Below are positions 12,581 through 25,502 of a stretch of 64,000 nt of DNA, piece after piece (position 1 is the stretch's first letter; each line of letters opens with the position of its first letter). The DNA is from Octopus sinensis (lineage: Eukaryota). Under the pieces are notes generated by a model, which had not been told where the DNA came from, did no database searches, and saw only the letters and a list, made by a program, of their open reading frames with translations. The DNA is taken from NCBI RefSeq assembly GCF_006345805.1, contig NC_043000.1, positions 24,304,001 to 24,368,000 of the forward strand. Direction: 5' to 3'. The position numbers and the translations under genes were made by a program.

Positions 12581-12621
12581 CAATTTTGCTGGTTTTCGGG
12601 TTTTCCCAGGAGACGAAATTC
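12581..12621 (-). CDS. MAGI: MAGI micro-exon (41 nt, phase 1 to 0)
   Basis: Acceptor gttgtttttatctatcag, donor TTG|GTAAGT; translates (G)ISSPGKTRKPAKL and bridges the phases of the 17456 and 11434 exons exactly. Confidence 0.82.
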
Positions 12622-12686
12622 CTGATAGATAAAAACAACATAAATTTATTCCATATATTCAGTATCAAAGATACGTTCATCTAACA

Positions 12687-12937
12687 TTGGGTTGGTGCAT
12701 AATTATTGCGGATTTTTTTCAACAAGTTTTATTCAACAAAATCTATAACAATATTTAACAAAAACATCTTTAAATGATGGTTTGACCGTCTGCCAAGCAA
12801 ACAGAAAGCAGTAATTGAAGTAGATAGTAAACATGCTCCGAAATAATCATTTAAAGATGTTTTTGCTACATGTTGTTATTGTTTTTGTTGAATAAAATTT
12901 GTTGAAAAAAAGCCACAATAATTATGCACCAACCCAA
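12687..12937. mobile_element. Mariner-derived MITE
   Basis: About 90-bp inverted arms starting TTGGGTTGGTGCATAATTATTGCGG and ending ...TAATTATGCACCAACCCAA|TA; the spacer 12784-12846 reads DRLPSKQKAVIEVDSKHAPK*, like a mariner transposase C-terminus. Confidence 0.82.
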
Positions 12938-13949
12938 TATATTTTACCAATATATATTACCAAAAGCACAAAAAAAAAATGACTCTCCCCAGGCACAACA
13001 GAATACGCTTCAACACACGAACTCACGTAAAGAATCTTGCAAACCAAATCCAAAAACGAAATATTACCAACATATTTTTACCAATATATTTTCCCAATAT
13101 TTTGTTGTATCTTGGGAGGGTCATTATGTGAATAATAAACACATGCACTGGTTCTATGTCACTTCATTATTTATCAATTGGATAACCATTTAGTTAGTTA
13201 ACTAATTGATTGTTTGATTAATTGTTCAGTCAATCAATCAACCACTTAGGTTTGACAAGGTCCTTTTGTTGCCATTGTGACCTCATAAGAGAGATGCCCT
13301 CTCTGTTCCAGGTCTAGTCCAGAATTAACTGAAACAAAAGCAGTGTTATTTCAACAGAAATATATGTGGTAATAAAAGAGTTAATCTATCTCTACTATAA
13401 CCATTACCATAATTCCAGTTACATTCTTTCAACCAGCAGCATTTTTTTCTCAGTCTGCATTATGTCTTTAATCTCTACACATATCTGTGCTAATACAATC
13501 ATATCATATCAATATTTTTCCTCATACAATCTACGATATATTACTGTCCAGGTCTTTAACCAGCTGTAATGTTCTATAAATATTTCAAGTAGAGACAATA
13601 ACGTTTCTCAGTCAACCTCAAAGATTGTATTATTTCTTGGCAAGAGAATTCTATCCGTCTTAGAATAGGCATCAAACCTCTTATGTAAAGAACTTGAATT
13701 CTGTCCAAGCAGAGATTTATATCTCAATCATTTAATATATGTAGTGAGTTGGCAGAATTCTTTGAGTTTTGGATACAATGAAAGTCTTGTGGTATTGTTC
13801 ACTGGCTCCCTGAGTTCAAATCACACCAAGGTCAACTTTTCTATTCCTATTTTCCAGTTCTAGTACTGAGGTCAATTCTTCACTCTCTGTCTCTAGAACA
13901 AAATTAGCTAAGTTCAAACATGGCGATAGATGAACTCCACCACATGTAA

Positions 13950-14254
13950 TTTGTTTGTTCCTTTTTGAGACATGCCTGGCTCATAAGGGCCGGTTTCCCG
14001 GTTTCCTTGGCGTATAGGTTCCCCACCTGGATGGGATGCCAGTCTGTCGCAGGTGATCTGCAAGATGCAGGAGGAAAGAGTGAGAGAAAGTTGTGGCGAA
14101 AGAGTCAGCAAAAGTTTTCCATTACCTTCTGCTGGAGCCGCATGGAGCTTAGGTGTTTTGCTCAAGAACACACACATCGCCCGGTCTGAAATTCGAACCT
14201 GCGATCCCTCGACTGCGAGTCCGCTGCTCTAACCACTCGGCCATGTGCCTCCAC
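13950..14254 (-). mobile_element. tRNA-derived SINE family D, well preserved
   Basis: Minus-strand head GTGGAGGCACATGGCCGAGTGGTTAGAGCAGCGGACTCGCAGTCGAGGGATCGCAGGTTCGAATT has A- and B-box-like motifs and is followed by a non-tRNA body. Confidence 0.8.
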
Positions 14255-14707
14255 ACCACATGTAATGTGATGACAACACCCATACGACTTCATCAAGAGC
14301 CTCCCCTTCATTTAATATTATAGAAACTGGGTGGTTGTAACTCATGAATAGGTTTTTATTTTTTAAAACCTTAAATATTTATCTTCATCATTTGGGTAGA
14401 GTAAATTATTTTTTGCTCAGGATTGTCAAAGCATGGAAGAAACTAACTCCATTGTTTGTAGCTATCAGGACATTCCATCCTTCAAAGATTCTGTCCTTCT
14501 CAAAATTTACCAACACTAATCCTACCTGCCTAAGCACCCTTTCCTCTTTATGGCTATTTTACTCCTCACTTTTCTGTCTTTCTGTGTTCATTCCTGTGTA
14601 CTGTGCATATACTTCTAGCCTTCATTGCTTGTCTTTATTTCCTCATTGCTGCTTTTTGTCTGCTCTTTTACTCTTTTCTGACAAGTTGTAATGCACTTGA
14701 GCGCTGT

Positions 14708-15080
14708 ATACAGGCACAGGAGTGGCTGTGTGGTAAGTAGCTTGCTTACCAACCACATGGTTCCGGGTTCATTCCCACTGTGTAACATTTTGGGCAAGTG
14801 TCCGTCTACTATAGCCTCGGGCTGACCAAAACCTTGTGAGTGGATTTGGTAGACGGGAACTGAAAGAAACCCATCGTGTGTGTGAGTGTCCAAATCATCA
14901 TTTGACAACTAGTGTTTGTGTATTTACGTCCCTGTGACTTAGTGGTTTGGCAAAAGAGACTGATAGAAGTGTCAAGCTTTAAAAAAAATAAGTACCACGG
15001 TGGATTGATTCAACTAAAAATTCATTGAGACAATGCTCCAGCATGGTCACAGACTAAGGACTTAAACAAATAAGAGATAA
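14708..15080 (+). mobile_element. SINE family B
   Basis: ggcacaggagtggctgtgtggtaagtagcttgcttaccaaccacatggttccgggttca... head, central microsatellite and conserved tail. Confidence 0.8.
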
Positions 15081-15485
15081 AAGAAGCACTGTTCTAGGAT
15101 GCCACTCAACCTACTAGAAATAACAGTCAAATCCTCTTGCAAATCACAACCTATCATATTTCAAGAAGAGGGAAGGATACACTGGATAATGTAGTTGTAA
15201 ATGAACTAAAAAGTCAGGATGGTCATGGGCGTATTGTTTATAATAATATGTCTGCTGATCTGAGATCAAATAGCTTCACAAATAGATAACTATTGAACCA
15301 TAACTCCCTACAATAATTTTTCTGATTTTTTTCCCTGTATTTCTTGCTTTCACCATTTCACCATTCTCATTTCACTCCCACTCATGTTTAATAAAGAATA
15401 CAGTAATCATATAAAAAAAAAATACCACATGGCATTACATTAACAGTCCATTATGACATATTTGATTAATATGAGTATCACCCTT

Positions 15486-15701
15486 ATTTCTTTACTACAT
15501 ACAGAGGGGACAAACAAGGACAGACAAACGTATTAAGTCGATTACATCGATCCCAGTGCGTAACTGGTACTTATTTAATCGACCCCGAAAGGATGAAAGG
15601 CAAAGTCGACCTCGGCGGAATTTGAACTCAGAACGTAGCGGCAGACGAAATACGGCTACGCATTTCGCCCGGCGTGCTAACGTTTCTGCCAGCTCGCCGC
15701 C
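15486..15701 (-). mobile_element. SINE family A with 14-bp TSD
   Basis: Near-consensus copy flanked by tgagtatca(c/t)cctt at 15472-15485 and 15704-15717. Confidence 0.85.
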
Positions 15702-16451
15702 TTTGAGTATCATCCTTGAAGCCAACATTAAACGAAAATAAATCTGGCACAAACAGTGCAAATAACAATAAGGAATTCCTTATCCATTTCCATCTCGATT
15801 TAAAAATAAGTTTAGCGATCAGTGAATTTGAAATAACAATGAGCGAAATCAATATCAAGGTACGTAAATACACGAAAGTTTGAGACAGTGGATTGCCTCC
15901 CTTGAAGTCTACTAAAGCAGCTGTTTGTTAGCTTTGCCGAACTGGCGGTCAATGATTGATTACAAAGAAAATGAACTGATCGCCTTAATTGAAATCATCT
16001 TTAGGTAAATATTTATAGGTGCAGGCTTGGCTGTGTGGTTAAGAAGCTTGCTTTGCGACTATGTAGTTTCAGATTTGATACCACTGTGTTCCACTTTGAG
16101 TAAGTGCCTTGTTCTAATTGTGGTTGTCACTGTTGATTAATTCCTGTCCGATCTGGTCAAACAAGCTCAAATTAATTAACTAATTATTTATCAGTGTTCC
16201 AGTCACAGTCATCCTCCTGGTGGTATATAGTCTTTGATGATTTTAGATTTAAGCAAATGGTGAATATCTAAAAACAGCAGAAAGATTTTTATTTTTAGCA
16301 GTTTTGGGTGATATGTAGAAAAGAGTCAACCCTTTCATTGCTATATTCCAAACAAAAATACCTCTGCCTACACTTCAATGAATTTTGAAAATAAAGAAGA
16401 ATTTAGTAAAATAATTGCCTTTATTAAGATGGTATTGGAACATAGATTAAC

Positions 16452-17285
16452 ATGAAATTATTGTATACAGTGCTCAGGTGCACCACAACTTGTCAAAAGT
16501 GCGTATAGAGTATATGCAGTAATGTACAAATGTCTGGTAAGTGAACAGTGTATGAGTCAGATACATGCTTGCGTGTGTATGGAGGGGAGAAAATCAGGTG
16601 TAGTGTTGGTGAATCTCAGGAAGCATGGAAGATTTGAAGGATGCAGTGCTCCGACAACTAACAACTGATGCTGGCAGTTTGTTCCATGCTTCAGCAACTC
16701 TTAGTGTGAAAAAAATGTTTCTGAAAGTCATGGGAGCTGTGCTGTTTTCTGACTTTGTAAACATATCCACGGGTGTTAGACAGGTGGAGTTTGAAAAGGT
16801 GCTCAGAGTTATTGTTAGTAAGATGGTTAATAATTTTATGGGTGTCTGCCAAGTCATCTGCCAGACGTCGGAGTTTCAATGTATCCATGCTCAGGGAAGT
16901 AAGGCATTCAGAATATGGCAAATGCTTGATAGAGGGTATTCTCTTGGTTGCACGTTGCTGAATGGCTTCCAGATGATTAATATCCTGGGCAAGATAGGGG
17001 TTCCAGACCGGTGATGCAAATGCAAGGTGAGGTCATACCATAGCTAAATAAAGCCACAGATAGATAGCCAGAGAGTGGATCACAAAGGACTTGGTGAGTG
17101 ATGCCAAGACACCCTCAGCCTTCTCGGCAATTTTAGCAATGTGTTTTGTCCAACGCAAATCACTGTCGACAATAATTCCCAGGTCACGTACACAAGTAGA
17201 CTTTTTGAGATTAGTGTTGTGGAGGGAGTAAGTAGACGCTGGGTTTTTCCTCCCAAAATGCATGGTGGTACATTTAATGCCAGCT
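16452..17285 (-). mobile_element. 5'-truncated CR1-clade LINE (RT C-terminus and 3' UTR)
   Basis: KCTTMHFGRKN...DLGIIVDSDLRW...V*PHLAFASPVWNPY...RATKRI...FFTLRVAEAWNKLP, with one stop and one +1 frameshift in a T-run; the 3' UTR matches the copy at 40490-40738. Confidence 0.9.
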
Positions 17286-17455
17286 ATAAGCTAAAAAAAG
17301 CAGGTAGAATGAAGAAAGCAGAATAAATGTTTTTGAATAATGGAACAAGATAATACCAATGACAAGGTTTAAAATCATAACCTTTGAGTCACCTACACAC
17401 AAATTGAAATCACACACAAAAAAAATTAGAAAGGTAGATGTAGAATAAGACCTAC

Positions 17456-18118
17456 CGCCTCTTTGAACTACAATTGCTGTCTCTTCTCCTTTTGGACAAT
17501 CCTTCAATACTTGAACAACGTCAGCATGAGCCATATCTTTCACATTTGTTGAATTAATTTCCAATAAAATATCACCTTCCATTAAATTCTTACACCGAGT
17601 TTTTTCAAATATTTGTTTAACTCGTTGACCGTAGGAACTATCAGCAATGGTGAAACCGAAACCTGTAGCACCACGAATAATGTTCACAACTAAAATTTCC
17701 GGTTTATTACTGTTTGGGATGAGGACATCTGGAGTATTGTCTGTATTAAGGACATCCCCACTATGGCTTCGTTGAGCAAAACTTAAATTGGAATTGTTAT
17801 CGGCAGCAGATCGAGCTAGATCGGGCAAGGATTTAAGACTTTTTTGGGACGTATTTAATTGATCCATGTTACCGCTGCTACCATAACCTATTGAATTGGA
17901 AGGTCCAGTGTTGGTTGTTCCACTGTCTGGAGGTAAAGAAACAGCTACCCGAGTTACAATTTCCGTGTTTGGATCATCTGGATCAAATGGCAGCATGTAA
18001 CCACGGCAAACAGTGAGGCTTACTTCTTCACCTGGAGGTATTGCTTGGAAAAGAAGGATTACATCCTGGTGTGTATAGCCAAGGACACACTCTTCATTTA
18101 CATAAACAAGAATATCCC
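17456..18118 (-). CDS. MAGI: MAGI exon, rest of the first PDZ, linker and complete second PDZ (663 nt, phase 1 to 1)
   Basis: Acceptor ttcttcttgcag, donor G|GTAGGT; translates (G)DILVYVNEECVLGYTHQDVILLFQAIPPGEEVSLTVCRGYMLPFDPDDPN...GFGFTIADSSYGQRVKQI...AIVVQRG. The exon starts 122 nt upstream of the tracked ORF start, and the tracked ORF reads on into the intron below 17456. Confidence 0.95.
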
Positions 18119-18219
18119 CTGCAAGAAGAAGAAAAATATACGAATCAGGATGCCAGAGAAAAAAACATTAAAATCTCTATCATATTAAGGCAAAAGAAAA
18201 TGCTTAAAAACCTGTTTAA

Positions 18220-18396
18220 CCCTTTTGTTACCGTATTTCTGTTGAGATGCTCTGTATTTCTTTCAATTACTTTAAATATAACAAAGAATTTAGTAAAATA
18301 ACTTAGTTATAATTAAGCTAGTGTTAGGAACATAAATTGTTTGGTGGAAGATGTTAATTCAAAACTAATGAAAACAAGACAGTTGTAATGAAAGGG
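18220..18396. mobile_element. piggyBac-like MITE, opposite orientation to 885-1048
   Basis: TTAA|CCCTTTTGTTACC ... ATGAAAGGG|TTAA; the body is the reverse complement of 885-1048. Confidence 0.75.
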
Positions 18397-21382
18397 TTAA
18401 AACTCCCTGAATCTTATGCTTCAATCATTCAGGTTTTACATAACTCAGACTTATTTATGAGAGCTCTAGTTATCTATCTTACTTCGGAGAAAGAATATGA
18501 GCCAGATGATGAAAATATGGATAAATTGGCCTGCAAAGATGATCAACATGTTTTAGCAATCTCTCCTTCTCTCTCCACACACACACGTATATGCATATTA
18601 GTTATATATGTATGTATATTACAGCTGAGCATGTGTAAAAAAATAAACAATGAATCTATAATGTACATATTCATTCTTAATATATTCTGGTTTACTTGCA
18701 TATGAATATGTTAATTACTGTTGTATTTCACCTTCAGAGAATACTTTCTCCTTTCAGATGATGTCTGTCGACAACACGTTTGATTCATTGCCGTTTAAAT
18801 CTGCCACAACATGATAAGAATGAACATGTACAACATCAATTTGATTCTTGCTGTTTTGTAAGCACATGATAACTTAACTTATTATGTATCAATAAATAAC
18901 CTGTCTGCTGAATTTTATAAAAATGACTATTCTTATTCATATTCAATGACCCAAGAGAATTGCATTGACTGAAGAGACACAAGCTGGTTGGAACACCAGT
19001 GTCTCAAAATCCTGCTACGTCAATGAACAGAGTGTGTTGTGAACACACATCACCTGAAAGAAGTTGTTTTCTGAAGGAAAAGGGCTGGAACATATAAAAC
19101 ATATATGTACATCACATCATTCCTTTGATTCTGACCATTTTATATTCATGTGATAGAGAATAAACCATTTTAAGGGAGGTTTTAAATTGTATACAACTAT
19201 AAATAGCAAGGCAATGTTGACCTTGGCGGAATTTGAACTCAGAACGTAGTGGCAGACGAAATACCACTAAGCATTTCGCTCGGCATGCTAACGTTTCTGC
19301 CAGCTCGCCGCCTTAAAAGGCCTGAAAAGATAAAGTTGAGCTTAATAGGATTTGATCTCAGTACACTGGGAATTAGAACAAATGCCACACTCTCACAGCA
19401 ACTCTGCCAATTCTCCACTTCTTTTTGAATGCTAAACATCTTGAGAACAAATTAATAAAATACATTGTTTTTTAAAATGTTTTATATGTATTTCTGTAGA
19501 ATAGATTATGAATTAATTTAGTTACCATTGAGCAAGAAATATTTAAAGAATATACAAGTATGTATTGGAATGTCTGTCAACAAGCTAGAATGAATACCTA
19601 TCGGGGATAACACACTGCTTCCCCTTTAAATGGTCTGTAATTGTATTGAAATAAAATAAGATAAAATTTAAAAAATAAGGAAATAATTTTCTTCACCTCT
19701 TTTTTTTTCTTTTCATTTAAAGTATGAAAAGAAAAATGAATACAACAGAAAATTTAATTTATTGAGAAATAGGGTGATTAATTATATTTCCCAATATACG
19801 TGTATCTCATAGCAAATTTTCTAAGTATGATTTTATAATTCAGTGCAGAATATGCATTTAAAAGAAAAAAACAAAGATATAAAAAAAAGCCAAATAATTT
19901 ATATCTCAAGTACCATTGTATATAACATTTTACACAGATATTAGCTTGAGCCAAAAATATAATGAAGTGAAAATAAATAAAAGCTATATGACATTGAAAA
20001 TAATTAATTAAATAATGTATTTGAATATTCTTGAAAAATTAATTCCTTCAGATTTAAGTGAAATTAAATTTTACCATCAAAAAGCAAACCATTTGAAAGG
20101 AAGGGAAAAAAACAGTCGACATTATTTTTAATTCTCTGGATATTAATCTAAACATTTTAGATCTAGTTTTATTTTTATTTTTCCAGCTAATAAAAGGTAA
20201 AATGGCCAAATAAATTTGAACATATTTTACCCAAAATGGATAAATGAAGACATATTGAATTAAATATTTCTGCCTAGTGACACAGAGAAATACTTGGAAG
20301 AAATATGAACTTATAACTCAGCTCCTGGTTGGTAGTTTAGCATTTTACCCTTTTTCTTATGACATCATCATTTAACATTCATTTTGGCATGGGTTGGAAT
20401 GGTTAGACAGGAGCTGACAAGGCTGGAGAGCTGCACCAGTCTCCATTATCTGCTTTAGTATGTTTTCTATGGCTGGATGCCCTTCCAAATACCAACCATT
20501 TTACAGAGTGTACATCATGCTTTTTATGTGGCACGAACACCAGTGGGGTCGTCAAGTACCTTGTGAGCCAAAGACCTCTCAGCTGGGAGAGGGAGTGGAA
20601 CCACCAGAAGTGACTTCATGTCAAACGAAAGGTTAGAGCTTAATTGAGGGATAGAGATAGGTGTCTTTCTGTAGAGGAAATATTTCAGGCAAGTGTGTCT
20701 GTGTGTGTGTGTCCAGCTAAATGTACCAAGCTATATATATAATTAAGTACCTCTACTTAAAGATGTAGCTTGGAACAAATATGAACTTACAATTCAGTGC
20801 AGCATCTCATCTTCTCTCCCCAAGACAAGTGTATGTATATTTACAGGTGTGGGTTGTAAGTGGGTGGGAGTTGTATAGGTGTATATGAGTTGTGGGCCAT
20901 AGCATTGGTCAGTGGTAAGCTCTCATCAAACTAAGTTCACAACTTGGGTTTTGTCATCCAATACTTGTTATTCCCCTTATTAATGTACTCAGGAAAAACA
21001 TTAGTGCCACACAACTGGCGTTCCACTATCCCTGCAAGTCAACAGAAGTGACCCCTTGCTGATAAATATTTCTGGTTATGAAGGGTTAAATAAGTGATTA
21101 TTTATTGCACTAGTTAATTAGTATAATTTCATTTATTCAGTCCAGTAGGATTTCAGCTCAAAATTATTGGCAAGCAGTTTGCTTATTAACAACTATTTAT
21201 CATCATGTGTAGTGGTTAAGAGCGCAGGCTATTAACCCCAAGATTCCGAGTTCGTTTCCAGGCAGTGATAATTTTCTCAATGTAAAGCCCCATTTTGTAA
21301 TGATTCTATTACAGGAGAGGTACATATGAAACAAAAAGATTAGAGTTTTCTCCCTTCTGTTGGAGAATCCTTTACTTTAAAA

Positions 21383-21852
21383 CAGGGTCGCCAAAGGGCA
21401 TCCGAGAGATCCCCTTTGGTGACCCTTTGGCGAGGAATAATTACAGTGGGTTGATAATAGCCAAGGGGTCGAATGGGGGTCGGCATACGAAAGACCAGCT
21501 CACCCAGATGAACTGCTTGGAATACTTAGCGCTATGTCAATTCAAAAGATATTCCAGCAATATGATGAGTTTTCCACATTTTCTAATTGTAAAAAGAATT
21601 TCATAAAAACTGAAAGTCTAATAAAACTGTATAATTGAACATGTAGTTCTAAATGTAAAAAATGTGTCATCTTCAATAGAATTTCTTAATTTTACCCAAC
21701 ATTTTAATTGCCAACATTCAGTACCTGGTATGTATTTAAGATATGGTACAATAGGGTAGGGTATTAAGATATTCTAAATGAGGAGAGTGGTCAATGCGGA
21801 AGGAGAAGTGGCTAAAAGGGGGTCGATGGTCGAAAAAGTTTGGCGACCCCTG
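21383..21852. mobile_element. Non-autonomous hAT element (470 bp)
   Basis: TIRs CAGGGTCGCCAAA / TTTGGCGACCCCTG with a perfect 8-bp TSD CTTTAAAA (21375-21382, 21853-21860). Confidence 0.88.
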
Positions 21853-22038
21853 CTTTAAAATGTCAGTAAACAAGGTGAGATATCGTGTTTCAGGAATGGT
21901 TGACTGATGCAGTCCCGTACTGTATTGTGTCACACAGGAAGTTAACAAGTCAGTTTCAATAACCATGAACTTCACAACATCTCATTTTGCTTCTCTGAAG
22001 ACTTACTTTTTATGTCCTGAGAAAAAAATCAGTCGTTA

Positions 22039-22275
<237 letters not shown>

Positions 22276-23097
22276 TCAAATAATTAATTAGTTTTAACTG
22301 CTATTAATTAGTAATAAAAAAAAAACTGATTACAAACAAGAATTTTTCTAAAGAGAAATTTTAGTAAAAATATTTAATAAAATACCAAAGATACTAACAA
22401 AGTAATTAACAACAAAATTATGAATTAACATAGATAATTAAATATATTTTAATATAGTTTTACTGGTTTCAGTCATTATAACTACAGCCACATAGGGTCA
22501 CCATCCTTTAAGGATTTTAGTCTTTCAATATTTTATCATTCCCTATGTATCTATTGGCTAAGTTACCTTTTGATATAATGGGGAAACACACACACACAGA
22601 TACACATAAGATGGGCTTCTACATAGTTTCCATCCATTAAATTCCACTCACATAACATTGATGAATCAGAGGGATTCAATCGAAGACACTCGTCCATGTT
22701 GCACCAGGAAGAACATGGAAGCAAGGGAAACAATTCCAGTGTTAGCGGCCAAGCTATCTGCATGGCTCTCCAGCTGAGAAGAGGTAAAAAAAATGATACT
22801 TGAAACTAACAATGGGAGCCATCCTGAAGTGAGACTGAAGAGAAGCGAGAGTAACTTGAAAGCTCCAGCATGCATTTAAACCCATTGAAGAATACAATGG
22901 TCCAAGGTGCTGCATAGCTGTGTGATTTTAAGTAGATTTGGTTGTGATTTCCAGCCTCGGCAAATCTTGAATTATCATCATCATCATCATCACCAGCTGC
23001 TGACAACAACTTGCCCTTGTGTTGGGTATAATGAAGGACACTACATATCACATACCCTCATCAGAGTTCTGATTTCATCAACAGTTGTGTCATCATT

Positions 23098-23470
23098 GCC
23101 CGTGGCTGTGTGGTAAGAAGCTTGCTTACCAACCACATGGTTCCGGGTTCAGTCCCACTGCGTGGCACCTACTATAGCCTTGGGCCGACCAAAGCCCTGT
23201 GAGTGGATTTGGTAGACGGAAACTGAAAGAAGCCCATAGTATATATGTATATATGTGTGTATGTATATGTTTGTGTGTGTGTGTTTGTCCCCCGAACATT
23301 GCTTGACAACCGATGCTGGAGTGTTTATGTTCTCGTAACTTAGCGGTTCGGCAAGAGAGACCGATAGAATAAGTACTGGGCTTACAAAGAATAAGTCTTG
23401 GGGTCGATTTGCTCAACTAAAGGTGGTGCTCCAGCATGGCCACAGTCAAATGACTGAAACAAGTAAAAAA
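23098..23470 (+). mobile_element. SINE family B
   Basis: Head, microsatellite and tail ...gtcaaatgactgaaacaagtaaaa are all present. Confidence 0.85.
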
Positions 23471-23859
23471 GTATGGTTTTAAGAGATTGACTATGGTTCA
23501 TCCTTCCCATGGGTCAATTCAAAGATGATGATTTGGCTGCAGCCATCTTCCTGCTACCTTCTTGACAAACTTGGAGAAGCCACCATAGAGTTAATTATTT
23601 GACATTTTCTATACCTATTTGTCTTTAAAGGCCATTTGGAGCACCAAAGGTAGCAACCATCATGGGACGTTGCCATAGAGCAAGTGAGAGTCCACGTTTC
23701 ACACACATAAAGTAGGATGCCTTAATTACTATTATGAAGGATCTCTCCCCTTGAGTTACCCTGAGACTCTAGAATTCTCTTAGGTTGGAAGTTCTTGAGG
23801 AGACCTACTGAGTCAAGCACGTCAATATCAAAATAAAAATTCAAATGGAAATTGTAGTT

Positions 23860-24180
23860 AAGACACCCGTGCCGGTGACACATAAAAAGCACCGTCCGAA
23901 CATGGCAGATGCCAGCGCCACCTGACTGGTGTCTGTGTTGGTGACACATAAAAGCAATAACCGATCGTGGCCGTTTGCCAGCCTGCTCTGGCCCCTGTGC
24001 CGGTGGCACGTAAAAAACACCCACTACACTCATGGAGTGGTTGGCGTTAGGAAGGACATCCAGCTGTAGAAACACTGCCAAATCAGACTGGAGCCTGGTG
24101 CAGCCTCCATGGCTTACCAGACCCCGGTTGAACCGTCCAACACATGCTAGCATGGAAAACAGACGTTAAATGATGATGAT
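23860..24180 (+). mobile_element. Retroposon family C with upstream hairpin modules
   Basis: Repeated gtgccggtg(g/a)cac(g/a)taaaa modules, the family C body and a (GAT)n tail. Confidence 0.8.
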
Positions 24181-25121
24181 GCAGTATTTTATAAATTGAA
24201 ACAACTATAAAGCAGATCTTAATATGAAACTATTCAGGTTTGATATGGCCCTTTGGGTCGATATGGCCTTTGGAATCAATATGGCCCTTGGGTGTCCATA
24301 TAAGAGTTTATTGTTAAAATATTTTGTATATTATAGAAGTATAAACAATTTATTACATATAAATTTTAACAAATTTAAAAAAAAATTCCTAATAATATTT
24401 AATTATAAAGACATAATTGGACCTTTTAAACATCAAATGACTATGAGGATCCACCTGAGTGAAATAGGAATGAAAAGGGTCCATAGGTAAAAATGGTTTT
24501 GAGAACCAATAGTATTAAAGAAGGAAGTTGAAAATACTGTGAAATAAAGACTTAATGTTTATAATTCAGAGCAATAAATATTTTAGTTGTATTATACCAG
24601 TTCTAGAAATTCTGAAGTAACTTTTGCAAACAAAATTGCATTCTATAAAACCATATCAAACAAATAAAATAAATAATATAAAAAAAGAACAAATATTTGA
24701 AGGAAACTGAAAAAAGGAAAGAAATTCTTAAGAAGTAAAAAAACACAAGAAAACTTGTGAAGAAATGTTGATTGATGTAGCTAATGATGATAATGGGATG
24801 AGGAATTAGTAAATAATAATAATATATAAATAAGTAAATATAAAGAGGAGAAGACTGGGAATATTTGGAATAGAACTAGCAGGCATGAAGGAAGATACTC
24901 TGAGTATTGTTTTGTGGGTATTGGGATATAAAATGGTAAGATGATGAGTGAGTAATGAGGCAGACAATGGGAAAGAAGATGATGAGAAAGATGAGAAAAT
25001 AGAGGATGATATCAGAGAATATGCTCTTGTTTAATTTTGTTATATACAGGTGTTACAAAGTAAGGTGTGTGTATATGCATGTGTGTAAATGAGTATGTAG
25101 ACATGTATGTGCTTGTGTGTC

Positions 25122-25152
<31 letters not shown>

Positions 25153-25502
25153 AAATTAGAATGAAAGAAAAATAGATAATGAAATGATTGTCAATGGTAA
25201 TGATAGTACATAGGAAAGCAAATGAATGATAGAATGATGATGATAAGGACAATGATGTTATTATAAAAGGAAGGGGGTGGGGTGGGGTAACATCTAGTAA
25301 TTCTTCATAATCACAGACACCTATACTCAAAGAGAAATCTATTTTTTAAAGTCCCTTGTTGGCTATTTGTTTTAAAAAAAATGTCCAACAAAAGAAATAG
25401 AGCAGTAAATAGCTGAAGGGGGTTTCAGACAAATTAGAAATGGCAGTGACCATCAGGAGGGATAGTACAAACCTAAAATATGGCCATTCATGTCTGACTC
25501 AC

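Noticed and set aside
13950-14254. tRNA gene candidates (also about 21210-21265 and 37220-37290)
   Set aside because: They show only A/B-box-like heads without a full cloverleaf, and the two longer ones continue into SINE bodies.
17274-17455. C-terminal part of the tracked 240-aa ORF (RSYSTSTFLIFF...)
   Set aside because: It lies beyond the G|GTAGGT donor, so it is T-rich intron read-through.
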